Origin: Octopus vulgaris
Taxonomy: Eukaryota
Length of the DNA: 64,000 nt
Direction: 5' to 3'
Assembly (NCBI GenBank): GCA_951406725.2
Contig: OX597825.1
Location: 64,046,001-64,110,000 of the forward strand
Position numbers and translations under genes: made by a program. Shown here piece by piece: positions 1 through 13,813 of this stretch (positions within the stretch are counted from its first letter, which is position 1; each line of letters starts with the position of its first letter). A model generated the notes under the pieces. The model saw nothing but the letters and a program-made list of their open reading frames with translations. It was not told the origin of the DNA and did no database searches.

Positions 1-94
1 GATGTGCACATATTTAGCTCTAGATTAGCAGCGATGCACCTCCAACTCATTAGATTGTGTCAAAAATAACAGGGCACTATTAAAACATACGTTT

Positions 95-330
95 ATTACT
101 CTTTTACCTGTTTCAGTCATTTGAGTGCGGCCATGCTGGAGCACCGGCTTTAGTCGACCAAATCGACCCCAGGACTTATTCTTTGTAAGCCTGGTACTTA
201 TTCTATCGGTTTCTTCGGCCGAACCGCTAAGTTGCAGGGACATAAACACACCAGCATCGGTTGCCAAGCGATGTTGGAGGGACAAACACAGACACACAAA
301 CATATACACACACATACATATACATACACG

Positions 331-370
<40 letters not shown>

Positions 371-432
371 TAGATAGATAGATAGATATACATATATACG
401 ACGGGCTTCTTTCAGTTTCCGTCTACCAAATT
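95..432 (-). mobile_element. SINE family A (octopus OK-like), 3' part with internal (TA)/(GATA) tract
   Basis: Reverse complement of the 3' two-thirds of the copy at 46247-46655 (ggtagacggaaactgaaagaagcccgtcg...gctccagcatggccgca...actgaaaca). Confidence 0.85.
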
Positions 433-1185
433 GAAGCATAGATAACAAGTGAAACGTTCTCGATGCGGTATATTCCATCAAGTCACAACTGTTCACAAAT
501 AATTTGGAGAACAACGCAGGGTTGATGATTTCTAGTTGTCTTGATCTATCTACATCACGTGCCACTCCACTCATTTCCTTTTTATTGTCTTTTATATTAG
601 TACACATATTGTTTAAGAAATTAACCTAGTAATTTCTTTCGAATATTATGCTTGTTTGCAATAAATTTATAGTCCATAATTTTTCATCGGAGATCGATCA
701 GCATAAAATAAATTCGAAGATCAATTACAATACCTAGATCACTATGAAAGAGTGTGAAACGATTATTGGTGTGAAACTATTTTTGATAGTAGCTAATAAA
801 ATGGAAGACATTTTATTTCTATTTTATATATATTATGTTTCTTATTGACAAATATGTATGTAGATATAATTTCCCTTGTAATTTATTATTTAGCAATATT
901 TATAATGCAAAATGGAATATAAAATGGTGCTTATCTAGATAACCCATCAAGATGTTTAAAGCTTCCGCTATATTTATAAATTACATAGTTTCCTGATTAT
1001 TGTCGTTCTTCAGAAGGTTATCTAAAATTCTATATACATGTATATACGCATAGACGTAGACACACACATATATACAGAGGCACGCAAACACACACTCATT
1101 AACACATTTATATGCGTGTGTGTTTGTATGTGTGTATATGTATTCATATGAAAATGAAATCATATTACCTAATAAATATATCAAA

Positions 1186-1300
1186 ACGCAGAAGTGGCTG
1201 CGTGCTATGTAGCTTGTTCACCAACCACATGCATCCGGTTTCAGTCCCACTGCGTTTCACCTTGGGCAAGTGTCTTCTACTATAGCCTCGGGCCGACCAA
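1186..1300 (+). mobile_element. SINE family A, 5' part
   Basis: tRNA-like head with B-box-like gtttcagtccc, followed by cttgggcaagtgtcttctactatagcctcgggccgacc as in 46247-46360. Confidence 0.8.
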
Positions 1301-1437
1301 TATGGACTAAAGCCTTCTGGTCATGATTAGCAAAAGCGAAACTAGCCGAGGATCATAATATAAAATATAACAAAAATATATTAAAACTATGTAAAGTGTC
1401 TGCATTTTCCTTCTTTTATATGCATACACACACACAC

Positions 1438-1484
<47 letters not shown>

Positions 1485-1587
1485 TATATGTATGTAAGTA
1501 TGTATACATCCATACATAAATATGTACATATTACATACATACACACATACATATAAATCCATATGCATATACATGCATATATATATA

Positions 1588-1636
<49 letters not shown>

Positions 1637-1838
1637 GTAGATGATAGATCGTTATCCACTGCACACACTTTTTCTCTCCTTGATTCTTTCCTTGTTTTTT
1701 TCTGTGTCCCTTTCTGTAGAGGAGCATAGACTCGAAACGTAAAATATTTTTTTCTATTCCTGAGCGTTATACTAATACATCTGTTTGTTTTGTACACCGC
1801 CTGTCTTCGTCTCTTGTTTTTTTTCGTAAACTCTCCCT
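1637..1838 (+). mobile_element. Penelope-like non-autonomous/pLTR fragment with degenerate hammerhead motif, embedded in (TA)n
   Basis: Near-copy of 45338-45523; contains ctgtagaggagcatagactcgaaacgta; (TA)n on both sides. Confidence 0.6.
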
Positions 1839-2749
1839 ATATATATATATAATCCTTCCCATTCTATATATATATATGTAACCTGTAATATATTTTCAAT
1901 GAGGGCTTTGCCTTTTAAAAAATATTGAAAATATTGTCGATTTAAAATTTTATAGCTCACATGTTCATTGCTATGACTACATCTAGTATTTTCAAAAGTC
2001 ACCACTACGTCTTTTAGCAATCTAGATATTATCTCCTCTATTCCAAACCGAATCTCCTTAATCAGCATTATAAAGCATGGAGTACCATATATTTTGCAAT
2101 ATACTTCTGTTAAGTACAATATCATTGTTTATCAAACAGACTATTTTAAGCATTCTCCTCTGGATATACTCTATGTATGTACACGCATATATTTCCTGCA
2201 TAATGTTGTTAACATTATCTGCAGTTCAACAGCAGAAACGCCGAAAACTGTCAGGATTAAGTCCCCAATGAATTATTAAATACATATAGGGAGATGATGC
2301 CACTATGAAAATGCAGTCGTTTTGTTAATACCTCAAAAAATTGCGATTCAACGAACGAACTGAAACTAGAGCATCAAAAATAAGCATTTTTAATGTATTA
2401 TGGAGAGAATATTCCATTATCAACAGTATATCCCATAAATATAACAAACAACAAAAGGTGAATGTATAATAATGCATCTCGAGCAGCTTAACATTGCATT
2501 TTCGTGAAACAAAGCAACAATATTCCCTCCAGAAATATTCGCCAATGAATAAGACAAGAAGTGAAACTTAATCCAAACAGGTAACACTTTTATATGTAGG
2601 TCATAAACTGATATTCTACACAAAGGAGGAATTTTAACGTATCTATAAAATAGTGATTCTTAGCTTTTGCCACTGCAAATTATATTCGATTCCATATTTA
2701 AATTCATTACAAATTCAAATATGTGATATAGAGCAAAACAAACTACAGT

Positions 2750-3800
2750 AACGTAATAAAAACATGCCAACTGAGTGCATTAATCTGATTATTCCACAGT
2801 ATGTTGTGCATCCTATCTCATCATATTCTAAACATTTTAACACCTAGAGAACAATAAGAAAATAAACAGAGATACTAAAACCGGTACAGAGCCAAGAGAG
2901 ATAACACAACAATATCGTTTCTCTACTGTTTAATATGTTAAACAGCCCACGTCAGTAGATATATTATATAAAGCTAATTCAACTAACCCACCGCTAGGGT
3001 TAGCCTTCTGCTGAAATTCTCTTGGAATTAAATCCACAGATGAACCAGTCTCTTCTCTAATTTCATAACAAACGCCTCACACCTCACTGAACTAACCAAA
3101 GTTTCACGAACATCAAACACGTTAGCTGGCACCAGGTTCCCAAGAGATGTAATTAAAATTTGCAGATCTCTTCTACCCGAAAATCACTAACATAGATGTC
3201 TTAAAATATATCGACAAATTGACAAAATAGTTGTACATGCATAAGGATATTGAGATGAATAGCAATGAAATGTAAGACAATCATTGCACAATTGCAATGC
3301 ACAGCCTAATAAAACCAGATGTGACCTGAAACAACACATCAACGTCACACGTAGCATAAGTGAAACAGAATCAAGTATGAAAAGAGAACTTTACTGAAGA
3401 AAGAAAACTTAAGCCTCTGCAGTTAACATCAGTCACAAAGGAAGCAGTAAACACTATATCTGGCAATTGGAAGCGTCTGCACTCTAAAATAAGACATGAA
3501 ATTATCTCCGCACTGATAAAGCACCACAAAATCTTAAACTGCTCTAGTTCTGAAAAAATCATCGTACTAACAAATTTTGATTTACCCGTACAAACACAGC
3601 CAGTAAAAGGGATCTAAAAATTGTTTAGCATTAAAGTAATCTTAAAGACTAACGAAAATGGACTCGTGAGGAACAACAGACACGTTTTCCTACTCTCAAT
3701 GCACCAAAGAAAATAATAAATAAAAATATTCCTCCATAGTATCGAAGCATCAAATATTCCCTTTCTAACTGACAAATTCGGTTTTGACTACGTACACTCA
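2750..3800 (+). mobile_element. possible highly decayed RLE-type (R2/NeSL-like) non-LTR retrotransposon
   Basis: Broken frames give FPRDVIKICRSLL, KIRHEIISAL (RH motif) and KWTREEQQTRFPTLNAPKKIINKIFLHSIEASNI, reminiscent of RT and RLE C-terminal motifs. By-eye resemblance only. Confidence 0.25.
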
Positions 3801-5079
3801 GTCCTTGAATTACAAAGAGAAGCAGCAATCAGAACATGTCTCCAAGAAGCGTAGGACACAGATTTAATGCAATGAGTGATAGTTATGGAGCTATTTCACT
3901 TTGTGAAGAATGTAGAATTCATGAGAAAGAAAGCGAGTTATAATATATATAAAAATATAATATATATAAAATCTCACGCTCTCGCGCATTGACTTTCAAA
4001 TATATGTTGTAGATTTATTGGTTTAGTGGAATATTGTTAGGTCAATTAGAATGAAGAAATGAATATAATGCTAAAAGGATTGAATATGTTGAATAAAGGA
4101 ATAGTAAAAAGTGCAAATCTTCCGCCACACATTGCATTAAGTGCCGATGGGTGACAAGAAAAAAAAAGAAACGCATTGCCGACAAATAGAAGATAAAATG
4201 AGAAAGGGAAGTAATCGGTGATACGATGCTGCTAATAATGGTGATATAGACGAAGGTGTTATGAGTGATGATGGAGGGCTGTGCATTTTGTGGTGATGTT
4301 AATACAGATTTTGAAACATTTTCTAAAATTCAGTTCATTATGATTTATTTTTGTTGAAAATCTTTGATGTGGATATGATTTTTAACTTTATCTTCTTGAT
4401 AAAATTAAGTCATCATCTCAGAAATAAACTGTATGCGGAAACATTTAAGAGGCATTTTTCAGTGTTACTTTCAACGAGTCAGTCGTCTACGTGGATCTTA
4501 TTTTCTTATATACTTACTGCTTAATCCCGAATCTGTTCTGATGGAACACAGCTGTGATGAAAAGGTTTTTCAACGTGAACATTCAATACTCTTGAGCTAT
4601 CTAAGATTACATATTGTAATATATTTGAAATGGAACATTGAAATTTCATTGATATTTCCTTGCTTTTTGCCCTGCAGATCTTGTGACGATATAGAAGACA
4701 AACATTTATTCAGAGGTTTATCCTGTTAGTATATGCGATAAATATCTATAGTTTTGAAATTTCTATCAGAAACGTGAACGACCTTTGCAATACACATGTT
4801 ACATGCACTTTCACTGACGTCTATTTGAAAGACATTGCTGTGGCATTTGCTGGTTTCAGCATAGTTGCACAACGTATTTGCTGTTATATCTGCAGAGATT
4901 TTAACTGAGTAGAAGTATGTGTTGCAGTTGTATATCCATGTCTACAATGTTCACCATAATATCACATATAACGTCCCGAAAGATACTTGCGTAGAAATAA
5001 TGATGCATACATACACACATCTATCTCTCTCTCACTATCTATCTATCTATCTCTCTGCATGTGTATTTAGATTATATAC

Positions 5080-5247
<168 letters not shown>

Positions 5248-5360
5248 TTCGTGTATGCATGTAGATATCTATTATGCAATCAGCGGAATCAATTGGTCCA
5301 TTCACAGCTGATGTTTATGTATGCATACAAGATATATATAGATATAGATATATATGTATA

Positions 5361-5462
<102 letters not shown>

Positions 5463-5502
5463 GCCACCCATGCCAGCATGGAAAGCGGATATAAAACGAT
5501 GA

Positions 5503-5539
<37 letters not shown>

Positions 5540-6484
5540 AATGCATCAATTAAGTTCACTGCTTGCATAATAGGACGTTCTGCATACGTTATCTATCACA
5601 TATTGCACTGTCATTTATTGGATTCAACCGGACATTAAAGGCTTCTATAATTAACTATTTATTTAATTCTCTAAAGGTATCAATTAATAACATCAGCCAT
5701 ATTCATGTTTGGCTCTTCTACTCAAGTTAACATTAATTAGCTTCGGCTACTAGATTGATTTGGCAATAAGAAGCAAAATAATTATAAATTTCTGCTTTGG
5801 GATATGAAATCAAAATGTGTATCAATCTAGAGTCCATCTAATTTCAGTATGACTAGATTATAAAACGTCAAATGTAGGAAATTGAAATTTTTGTATATGT
5901 ATATTGTAACACGTAGCTCCACCCAACATGTCACAAGGAGAATTATATCCCCTGTATATAAAGAGTTAGCTTCACCTGCGAATCAATGTAGACTAGCAAC
6001 ATATACTTCTCCATCTCTCAGTGTTGTAAACGGTGATACAAATGGAAAGAGACAGAAGCACTTTCGAAAAACCTACACTTAGGCTCAATAATATATCCAA
6101 GATGTGACCGGTGGACGCTGAAATATTGAGTTACACAAAAACTCATCTGTTATATATTTTCAGTGGAAAGTAGTGATAGAAATTTAAATGAAATGTATTC
6201 ATTAAGAACATTTGTTGCACACTCACTGAATTCTCTCCACGTCATTATGATTATTAAACAAACTCATTAGCAAATCCGTCGCGTGCCTTCATGTATAATA
6301 CACACACACACACATATGTTTGAGGGAACATTTGATCACTTTACGCATTGGCTTATGCATATAAGATGTATGTATGTATGACCTTAATATTTCTAATTAT
6401 TTAGTCAGTTAATGACTTAATCTGCCATTTTCATCAGATCTCACCTGTATTTTTTAAATCAACATCATGATATTATGTATGATC

Positions 6485-6520
<36 letters not shown>

Positions 6521-6552
6521 ACACACACACACAAAGAGGCACGCACACATAC

Positions 6553-6637
<85 letters not shown>

Positions 6638-6721
6638 CTATAAATTAGGGTATCTGAGAGATACCATGCTAGCCACTTGATAAGATCGATATTTAAGTAT
6701 CGATATTATCCTTATTTATAA

Positions 6722-6760
<39 letters not shown>

Positions 6761-6765
6761 TATAA

Positions 6766-6771
<6 letters not shown>

Positions 6772-6800
<29 letters not shown>

Positions 6801-6852
6801 TGTATGTATGTATGTATGTATGTATGTATGCATGTATGTATGTATGTATGTA
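6772..6852. repeat. (TATG)n microsatellite
   Basis: Direct reading. Confidence 0.95.
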
Positions 6853-6859
6853 TACATAT

Positions 6860-7060
6860 GATCTAGGGATCATTCTGATTGTTGAATCTTCCAAGTGTAA
6901 GCGTACCTCTTTGCGGCAATGTAAACTTTCATTCACTAATTTATACTTGACCTGATGAGCAGCCTGTGATATTCTTCTCGCTTAGATATTTACCACTTCC
7001 GAAGTTCCGCTCGCTATGAAACATAAGCAACCAGGATATTATTTACTTCATTCCTTAACT
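6860..7060 (+). mobile_element. microsatellite-embedded interspersed repeat fragment, homologous to 58310-58670 (minus)
   Basis: tctcgcttagatatttaccacttccgaagttccgctcgctatgaaacata aligns with the reverse complement of ~58571-58620; contains ctgatga. Confidence 0.5.
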
Positions 7061-7071
7061 TGTATGTGTGC

Positions 7072-7128
<57 letters not shown>

Positions 7129-7335
7129 TGTATATACAGAGAGAGCGAGAGAGAGAGAAGGGGGGAGAGTGGGAAGACAAAGAGCTGGATAGATAGATAT
7201 AGGCATATGTGTTTATGTATGTATGTATGCATGTATATATGTATGCATCTATGTATATGAAGTTGGATATGGTGAGGTGGTCGTAGAATAAAAGCGCAAG
7301 CAAAGTTAGGTGTTTAGGGAGCAACGGAAGTAAGT

Positions 7336-7561
7336 AAGCTGGCAGAGACGTTAGCACGCCGGGCGAAATGCTTAGTGGTATTTCGTCTGCCGCTACGTTC
7401 TGAGTTCAAATTCCGCCGAGGTCGACTTTGCCTTTCATCCTTTCGGGGTCGATAAATTAAGCACCAGTTACGCACTGGGGTCGATGTAATCGACTTAATA
7501 ACCTATGTCTGTCCTTGTTTGTCCCCTCTGTGTTTAGCCCCTTGTGGGTAATAAAGAAATA
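7336..7561 (+). mobile_element. SINE family B (tRNA head plus Meta-SINE-like central domain), near full length, 10-bp TSD
   Basis: B-box gagttcaaattcc; central tcatcctttcggggtcgataaattaagcaccag; TSD ggaagtaagt at 7326-7335 and 7562-7571. Confidence 0.9.
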
Positions 7562-8799
7562 GGAAGTAAGTGTCATGGGCAATAGACTGGTCTGACTGCT
7601 GCTAGTATCTACTTAAAGCATGGCCACATGGGTCAGTTACATGGGGGCCTCTGGTGAAGAGCCCAATTCTGGTTAACGTATATTGCGTTTTGCAGTGATT
7701 AAATAATGATAAACGTGTTCAGTGCAATGATTTTCCCGGGGGCTTGTAATGCTGTTGAGACGATTTAGCAGAAGGAAATTGAATTGACGCTCATGAAATA
7801 TATGTAAGTTTGATTTTGGTGCGCTTGTGTGAGACGGTTTGTTTATATCTCTGCAGCTTATCGTTTTAAGAAAGGGATGTCACAGTGAATTACAACAACA
7901 CATGAACGAATGGGGACAAATTTAATTGATTAACGCCCTCAAGGAATTCTCCACTGTGACGGCAATCCAATAACTGAAACATGTAAAGCAATCAAAGAAT
8001 ATATTGCTCACTTGCTTCTTCGTCAATTTCGTGAAGTCTACGCATACTTGAGGAATCTTAAAATCATCAAAATATTCTTGTTTCGCCTAAAATATTAAAA
8101 ACTATAACGGTTTAGCTTTTGTAGTTTTATCACAAACATATTTGCTTCGGATTAAATGTTTAAGGCTCACTGAGCTACATATGTTATGTTTGTCGTATTT
8201 CCTGCCGTTAGAGAATTTTAGTAACTCGACTCTATTTTATCACTATGATATTTAGTCAATGTAACCCACCTGTTTCCTATCTCTCATCATTTACTTGTGC
8301 ACGATGTCCGTATCATTTCAGAAACTGAAAGAGTGTCGGATTCTACAAAATACGTGTTATTGTCAATAGGATTAACTACGGTCAAATGGTCGTATCCAGT
8401 ACATCACACAAAATATCAAAGAGGTGAAGTATATATTTTTAAACGACTGTAACTTATCATATAGGATAAAAATGCGCGCTCTAAACACTGCCTGCGTCAC
8501 CACGTCTGCTAGAAAAGGTTGTTGTATTTCGGTTTATTGATATATAAGAAGGTGTTGATCTGAATATGAAGAAGTTGTCTTCATTGCTGCATTGCTTTTC
8601 AACTCTATGTTAAAATTATTCAAGATGAAAAATGTATATGTAACAGTATATATATTATATAGACACATACACACACACATATATACTTGCATACACACAG
8701 ACAAACAACGAGAAAGAGAGAGAGAGAGAGAGAGTGATGGATACCATAGCATATAAACGTATGCATAAAATTGTCCTTCAACAAAAGACTGGCAATGAC

Positions 8800-8830
<31 letters not shown>

Positions 8831-9349
8831 AGGGAAAGAGAGAGTTTGTGTAACACAAGTGAGAACAATTACATAATGGATTGATTGAATCAGAATGTTG
8901 AACATACAAACATGAAAGTTATGGAAATTGCAAATCACTTTAGCAACACTTTCAAGCTCGTAAATTTCGGTATATAAGATATCGAATACAAGGTGTCTCT
9001 GATAATTGTTCTGCTTGGATAATGTTTGGAAATTCTAGGAACTATTTTTCAGTGATATTGCTAATAGCTATGCTAAAGATAAATGCCATAACCTATGGTC
9101 CTTGCTTCTCTTATGTAAATATAATGCTTTATGCATATATTGTGCCAGGTGTTTCGATTTTGCCGAAATGGTTAATAGATTTTTCTAGTTTTGAAATATT
9201 TCATCATTTATTTAGTATTACCACAGATGGATACCATTGTATATTCATACACGTTTATCATCATCATCATCGTCATCATCATCATCATCATCATCATTAT
9301 CATCATCGTCATTGTTATTATCATCGTTATCATCATCAACCTTGACAAT

Positions 9350-9765
<416 letters not shown>

Positions 9766-10160
9766 TGGTTTTCGCTTTGTATTTGTACAAGCTGAATCCC
9801 TCCCCACCCAAGAGACCTAAAGAGACAACTAGTTAGATGTTCGAGTTCGTATTATGGCTAAGGTACGATATTTTTGCTTTTGCGCAGAAAATTGTTCTAG
9901 AGAGTGTCTATGAAAACATAAGAAAATTATGAATTTTCTATTAAATATAATTTAATTATACGACGATAGTTTGTTCTTAAGATGACTGTAAAATGTGTTT
10001 GCTATTATGTACATTTGAAAGTACATTTGATAATGTTTACAGATTAAAATGTTTTTGGTATTAAATATACAATATTTAATTGTAGGATATGTGTAGTTCC
10101 CATGAGCACAATTATTTCTAATTTCTTCGAATTTTTGGATTTCCTGGTATCTGAGATAGG
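9766..10160 (-). mobile_element. R4/Dong-type non-LTR retrotransposon 3' end
   Basis: Minus-strand LEIIVLMGTTHIL resembles the R4/Dong C-terminal QK.VL.GTA.I.R motif; the 3' UTR runs directly into (TAA)n. Confidence 0.7.
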
Positions 10161-11466
10161 TAACACCAACAGTAACGCCAACACTAACTGCAAAGGTAAC
10201 AGCAACGTCAACAGTATTATCAACAACATAATCAAGAGATGTCTTTCAGCCTTACCTTCCTTCCTTGCAAAGCACAAACACACAGTTGCAAAGAAATACC
10301 TTGTCTTCACTTCATCACTACCGAGACCAGATACAAGACATTCGAAACGATGTTGTCAGGAAGTACAATCAACCATCTTCTCAATAAGTACAAGCTGAAT
10401 TTTTACGCAACAGTTTTTAAACAATCAGAAGCAGTGCCACAGACTGTCTACATATTTGTTAGAAAAAAAATTTATAAGCTATTCAGATTACAAGAATGCG
10501 TCATGGCCACATTGAAGAGAAGAAAATTAATTAACAAAGCTTATATCATTGTAGTTAGAAAAACAGATGCAAGTGAATAATATCAGTCATAGACTTACTC
10601 TTACAAAGTAGTCAATGGACCAGACAAAGTCGAACAGACACAAGTGAAAGAACAGATTATGAACGAATATGCGACGTAATAGATTAATACAATACTTAAA
10701 GACAGAGTTAAATGCCACAAAAAAAAAAGTAATATGCATCAATACACTGGCCGTCCCAGTCATATGTTATTGTTGTAATATTCTTAACTGGGCGCTAAAT
10801 TAATTTCCAAGCCTAGACAGAACGACCAGAACAATAATAACTACATTTAGAATAGAACACCTAAAGTCTGATATACGAAAGATTATATTTACTATGAATA
10901 CAGGATTGGAGAAGCCTTATGTAACTAGAAAACTATTATAAAATATCCATTGTAGAACCACAATAATATCTAATATGAAAAAGATAGAAAAGAAATACCA
11001 ACAGCTACAAAACACGAACAAAGCTAAAGCAAAAGAAAAGATTCTTCTGTCATCGAGGAAGTCAACAAATATAAAAGAGTGGACGTAATAACAGGCAGTT
11101 ATGAGAGAAAATGAGAAACAAAAACAAGAAAAACTAATAAAGTTATAATAAAATACAGTAAAAATTTGGCTACAGAAAAGCATGCTAAAACGATTGCAAC
11201 ATAAGTTTGTGGGTGGTTAATAGATAGAAGATGGTGGAAATAGAGAGAGGATAATTGCATCAGTGGGTGAGATGCGGAGGACAGTCTACTGAGACAGAAG
11301 TTTTACTAATTGTGGTGCTGACTTAAGGACAGGCCCACCAGAAACAGCCAAAGAAATATATTTCAACAACATACTACACAGCTGCTTTAATGTTGGGTTT
11401 GAGAAGAAAAGCAATAAAAGTTATAATAGTAACAACGACGACGACTATGTCGATGATGATAATGAT

Positions 11467-11548
<82 letters not shown>

Positions 11549-12019
11549 TAAGGGGGTAAGCACCTGCCGATATATACGAACTGCGCAATTCCAAAACTGT
11601 AAACCATAGCAAAATGTATAAAACGAAAAGAAAGGAAAAGCAAAAAAATTCAATAATTCAAAAGATCAGCGATGTGAACATCAGTATATATAATTATTCT
11701 TTTCTATCATTAATTAAAGAGGTGAATTACTTCTTTTCAAGGCCAAGGTCAGCGCTCTCATTGATCGCTCGTTGTAGTAAACACATACGACCTCTGCTGA
11801 CCCAAAGGGTGTGACGCCTCTTTTGTCTCGTTACCACACAGCAATGTCCATGGCTGACCTCCTCACCATCTGCTGAATCTATTTACAGACCTGTAGAATT
11901 TCGGTCTATTCACCAAGCTGCTACTCTTTCCTCCTACTATTCCCTTCAACACTCACATATTTATGATTATCTCAATTACGAGACAAAAGTTGAAGCTAAA
12001 CAACATTTAATAATATCCT

Positions 12020-12104
12020 TTAATAATAAATGGAAATACTACTGCTACTACTACTACTACTACTACTACTACTGCCCCTCCTTCTACTACTATTATTGCT
12101 GCTG

Positions 12105-12195
<91 letters not shown>
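12020..12195. repeat. compound (CTA)n/(TAA)n microsatellite
   Basis: Direct reading. Confidence 0.95.
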
Positions 12196-12459
12196 GTGTC
12201 AACTGCAAACGTAAACAGACTATATGAAAAGAAAGAATGGTAGCAGAGGACTGATTAGTATAGACCATTGTATAAATTATGAAAGGAGAACGCCTGCCGA
12301 GTACTTGATAAATAGTGACGAAGATCTGCTGCAATATACCAGGACCCATATTTTTATTGATAATTTTAAACGCTATAGGTAGAAAGATGGTGGTAATGAT
12401 AATCACTGTAGTTATGGAGGTGACACAACGCAAGCACGTTATGTATATATACATATATA

Positions 12460-12695
12460 CAAAATGGGACAAGAACGCAAAACATTCAAATGGACGATAC
12501 AAAAAACACGGACGGGTCATTCGAAGCTTCTAATCTTCAGTCAAGAACCGGATCATCCTCGCAATTTCGGCTGATTAATCTTGAGATTGCTCCGACCTTG
12601 CCAGACCCAAGGAAAAACTAAGCTACGAGTATTAGATTTCTTTGAAAAAGGATCGAATGTATACGAAACAAGGACAGAAAAACGGGCAATGTTAC
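12460..12695. mobile_element. interspersed repeat family F (copies at 37678-37910 and inverted at ~26030-26235), possibly Penelope-derived
   Basis: Shared gggacaagaacg...tcttcagtcaagaaccggatcatc...gcaatttcggctgattaatcttgagattgctccga...ctaagc. Confidence 0.75.
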
Positions 12696-12743
12696 ACGAA
12701 TATAAATACAAAAAAAATTAATACGAATATAAATACAAAAAAC

Positions 12744-12794
<51 letters not shown>

Positions 12795-12795
<1 letters not shown>

Positions 12796-13283
12796 GGACA
12801 TAACAACAGGCGTCGGGCACGTATGCGCAAATAAAGTGAGGAAGAGAGCGATGGGGTCTCAATAACAACTCTCGTGGGAACCCCACGAACGACTCTTGAA
12901 ATAATGATGCAACATAACAAGGAAAGATTTAACGGCGAGAATGAAACTATAGCCGATCATGGTGAAGGTTCCCGCCCGGCACGTCCGAAACTGCCCGCAT
13001 CAAGGGCAGTGATCTGGCCTGGGACGATGTTTATATCACAACAGATCACATATACGGGGTGCACAAAAATAGGCATAAGTGGATGAAGGAAGAGTACGAT
13101 ACACTTATTGAATGTTATGAAAGAGCAAAGGTGTAAAGAAGTCGCAGAGTAGGACGACGTACCTTGAAATTTTGAATGGAAAAGAACATGTGTCTAATGT
13201 CAGAAAATAAACTAATGAACCAAGTGAGAATGATTAAGAGGAAAGATTAATTAACTGGAGTAAAAATATCTCGGATTAGTGAG
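12795..13283 (+). mobile_element. R4/Dong-type retrotransposon 5' end (5' UTR plus decayed N-terminal Myb-like region)
   Basis: Starts right after (TAA)n; translates RHKWMKEEYDTLIECYERA...MSENKLMNQVRMIKRK, matching the R4/Dong N-terminal pattern, with in-frame stops. Confidence 0.7.
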
Positions 13284-13284
13284 C

Positions 13285-13388
13285 GTCGCCACCAAACCTG
13301 CCGGAGTCTCGTGGAGCTTTAAGTGTTTTCGCTGAATAAGTACACACAACGCAGGGTCTGGGAATAGAAACCGCGATCGTCCGACCGC
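13285..13388 (-). mobile_element. SINE family C head fragment
   Basis: Reverse complement of part of 13611-13750. Confidence 0.75.
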
Positions 13389-13610
13389 TTTTCAAATTAA
13401 TAATGCCAAAATGTCATAGGCTTTTGGCATAAAGATCGTGCTTTACTCACTTTAAACTGTGCCTATGACAGAATTGAAAATTCATATTAAATATTGATAT
13501 ATCTATAAGAAATTGCTATATTTTAGTGATTACTTGTTGAATATAAAGGTGGATGATGAGGAAAATGTTAGTGCCTCTTTTGTAATTTTCCCAACTGAAG
13601 TGGTGGATGT

Positions 13611-13813
13611 GGAGGCGCAATGACCCAGTGGTTAGTGTAGCGGACTCGCGGTCGGAGGATCGTGGTTTCGATTCCCAGACCGGGCGTTGTGTGTGTTTAT
13701 TGAGCGAAAACACCTAAAGCTCCACGAACCTCCGGCAGGCGGTGATGGCGACCCCCGTTGTACTCTTCCGCCTCAACTTTTTTTCACTCTTTCTTCCTAT
13801 TTCTTGAGTAACG
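13611..13813 (+). mobile_element. SINE family C (tRNA-derived head, octopus OR-like), 3' truncated
   Basis: ggaggcgcaatgacccagtggttagtgtagcggactcgcggtcggaggatcgtggtttcgattccc with A- and B-boxes. Confidence 0.85.

Noticed and set aside
1772-2280. ORF 1772-2125(-) as a host exon or hAT transposase
   Set aside because: Only faint, frameshifted resemblance to hAT motifs (WGL...ADN; CK..W.S..ML) and a weak donor site; not supportable.
4650-4910. Possible exons (acceptor at 4678 on +; open frame 4730-4895 on -)
   Set aside because: No recognisable protein and no convincing paired splice sites.
10220-10700. ORF 10239-10580 as a Penelope RT N-terminal region
   Set aside because: Only the IIVVRKTD segment hints at it; too weak to call.
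13611-13685. tRNA-like sequences here and at 18970-19043 and 56267-56340
   Set aside because: They are SINE heads continuing into SINE bodies, without a proper acceptor stem or 3' end.
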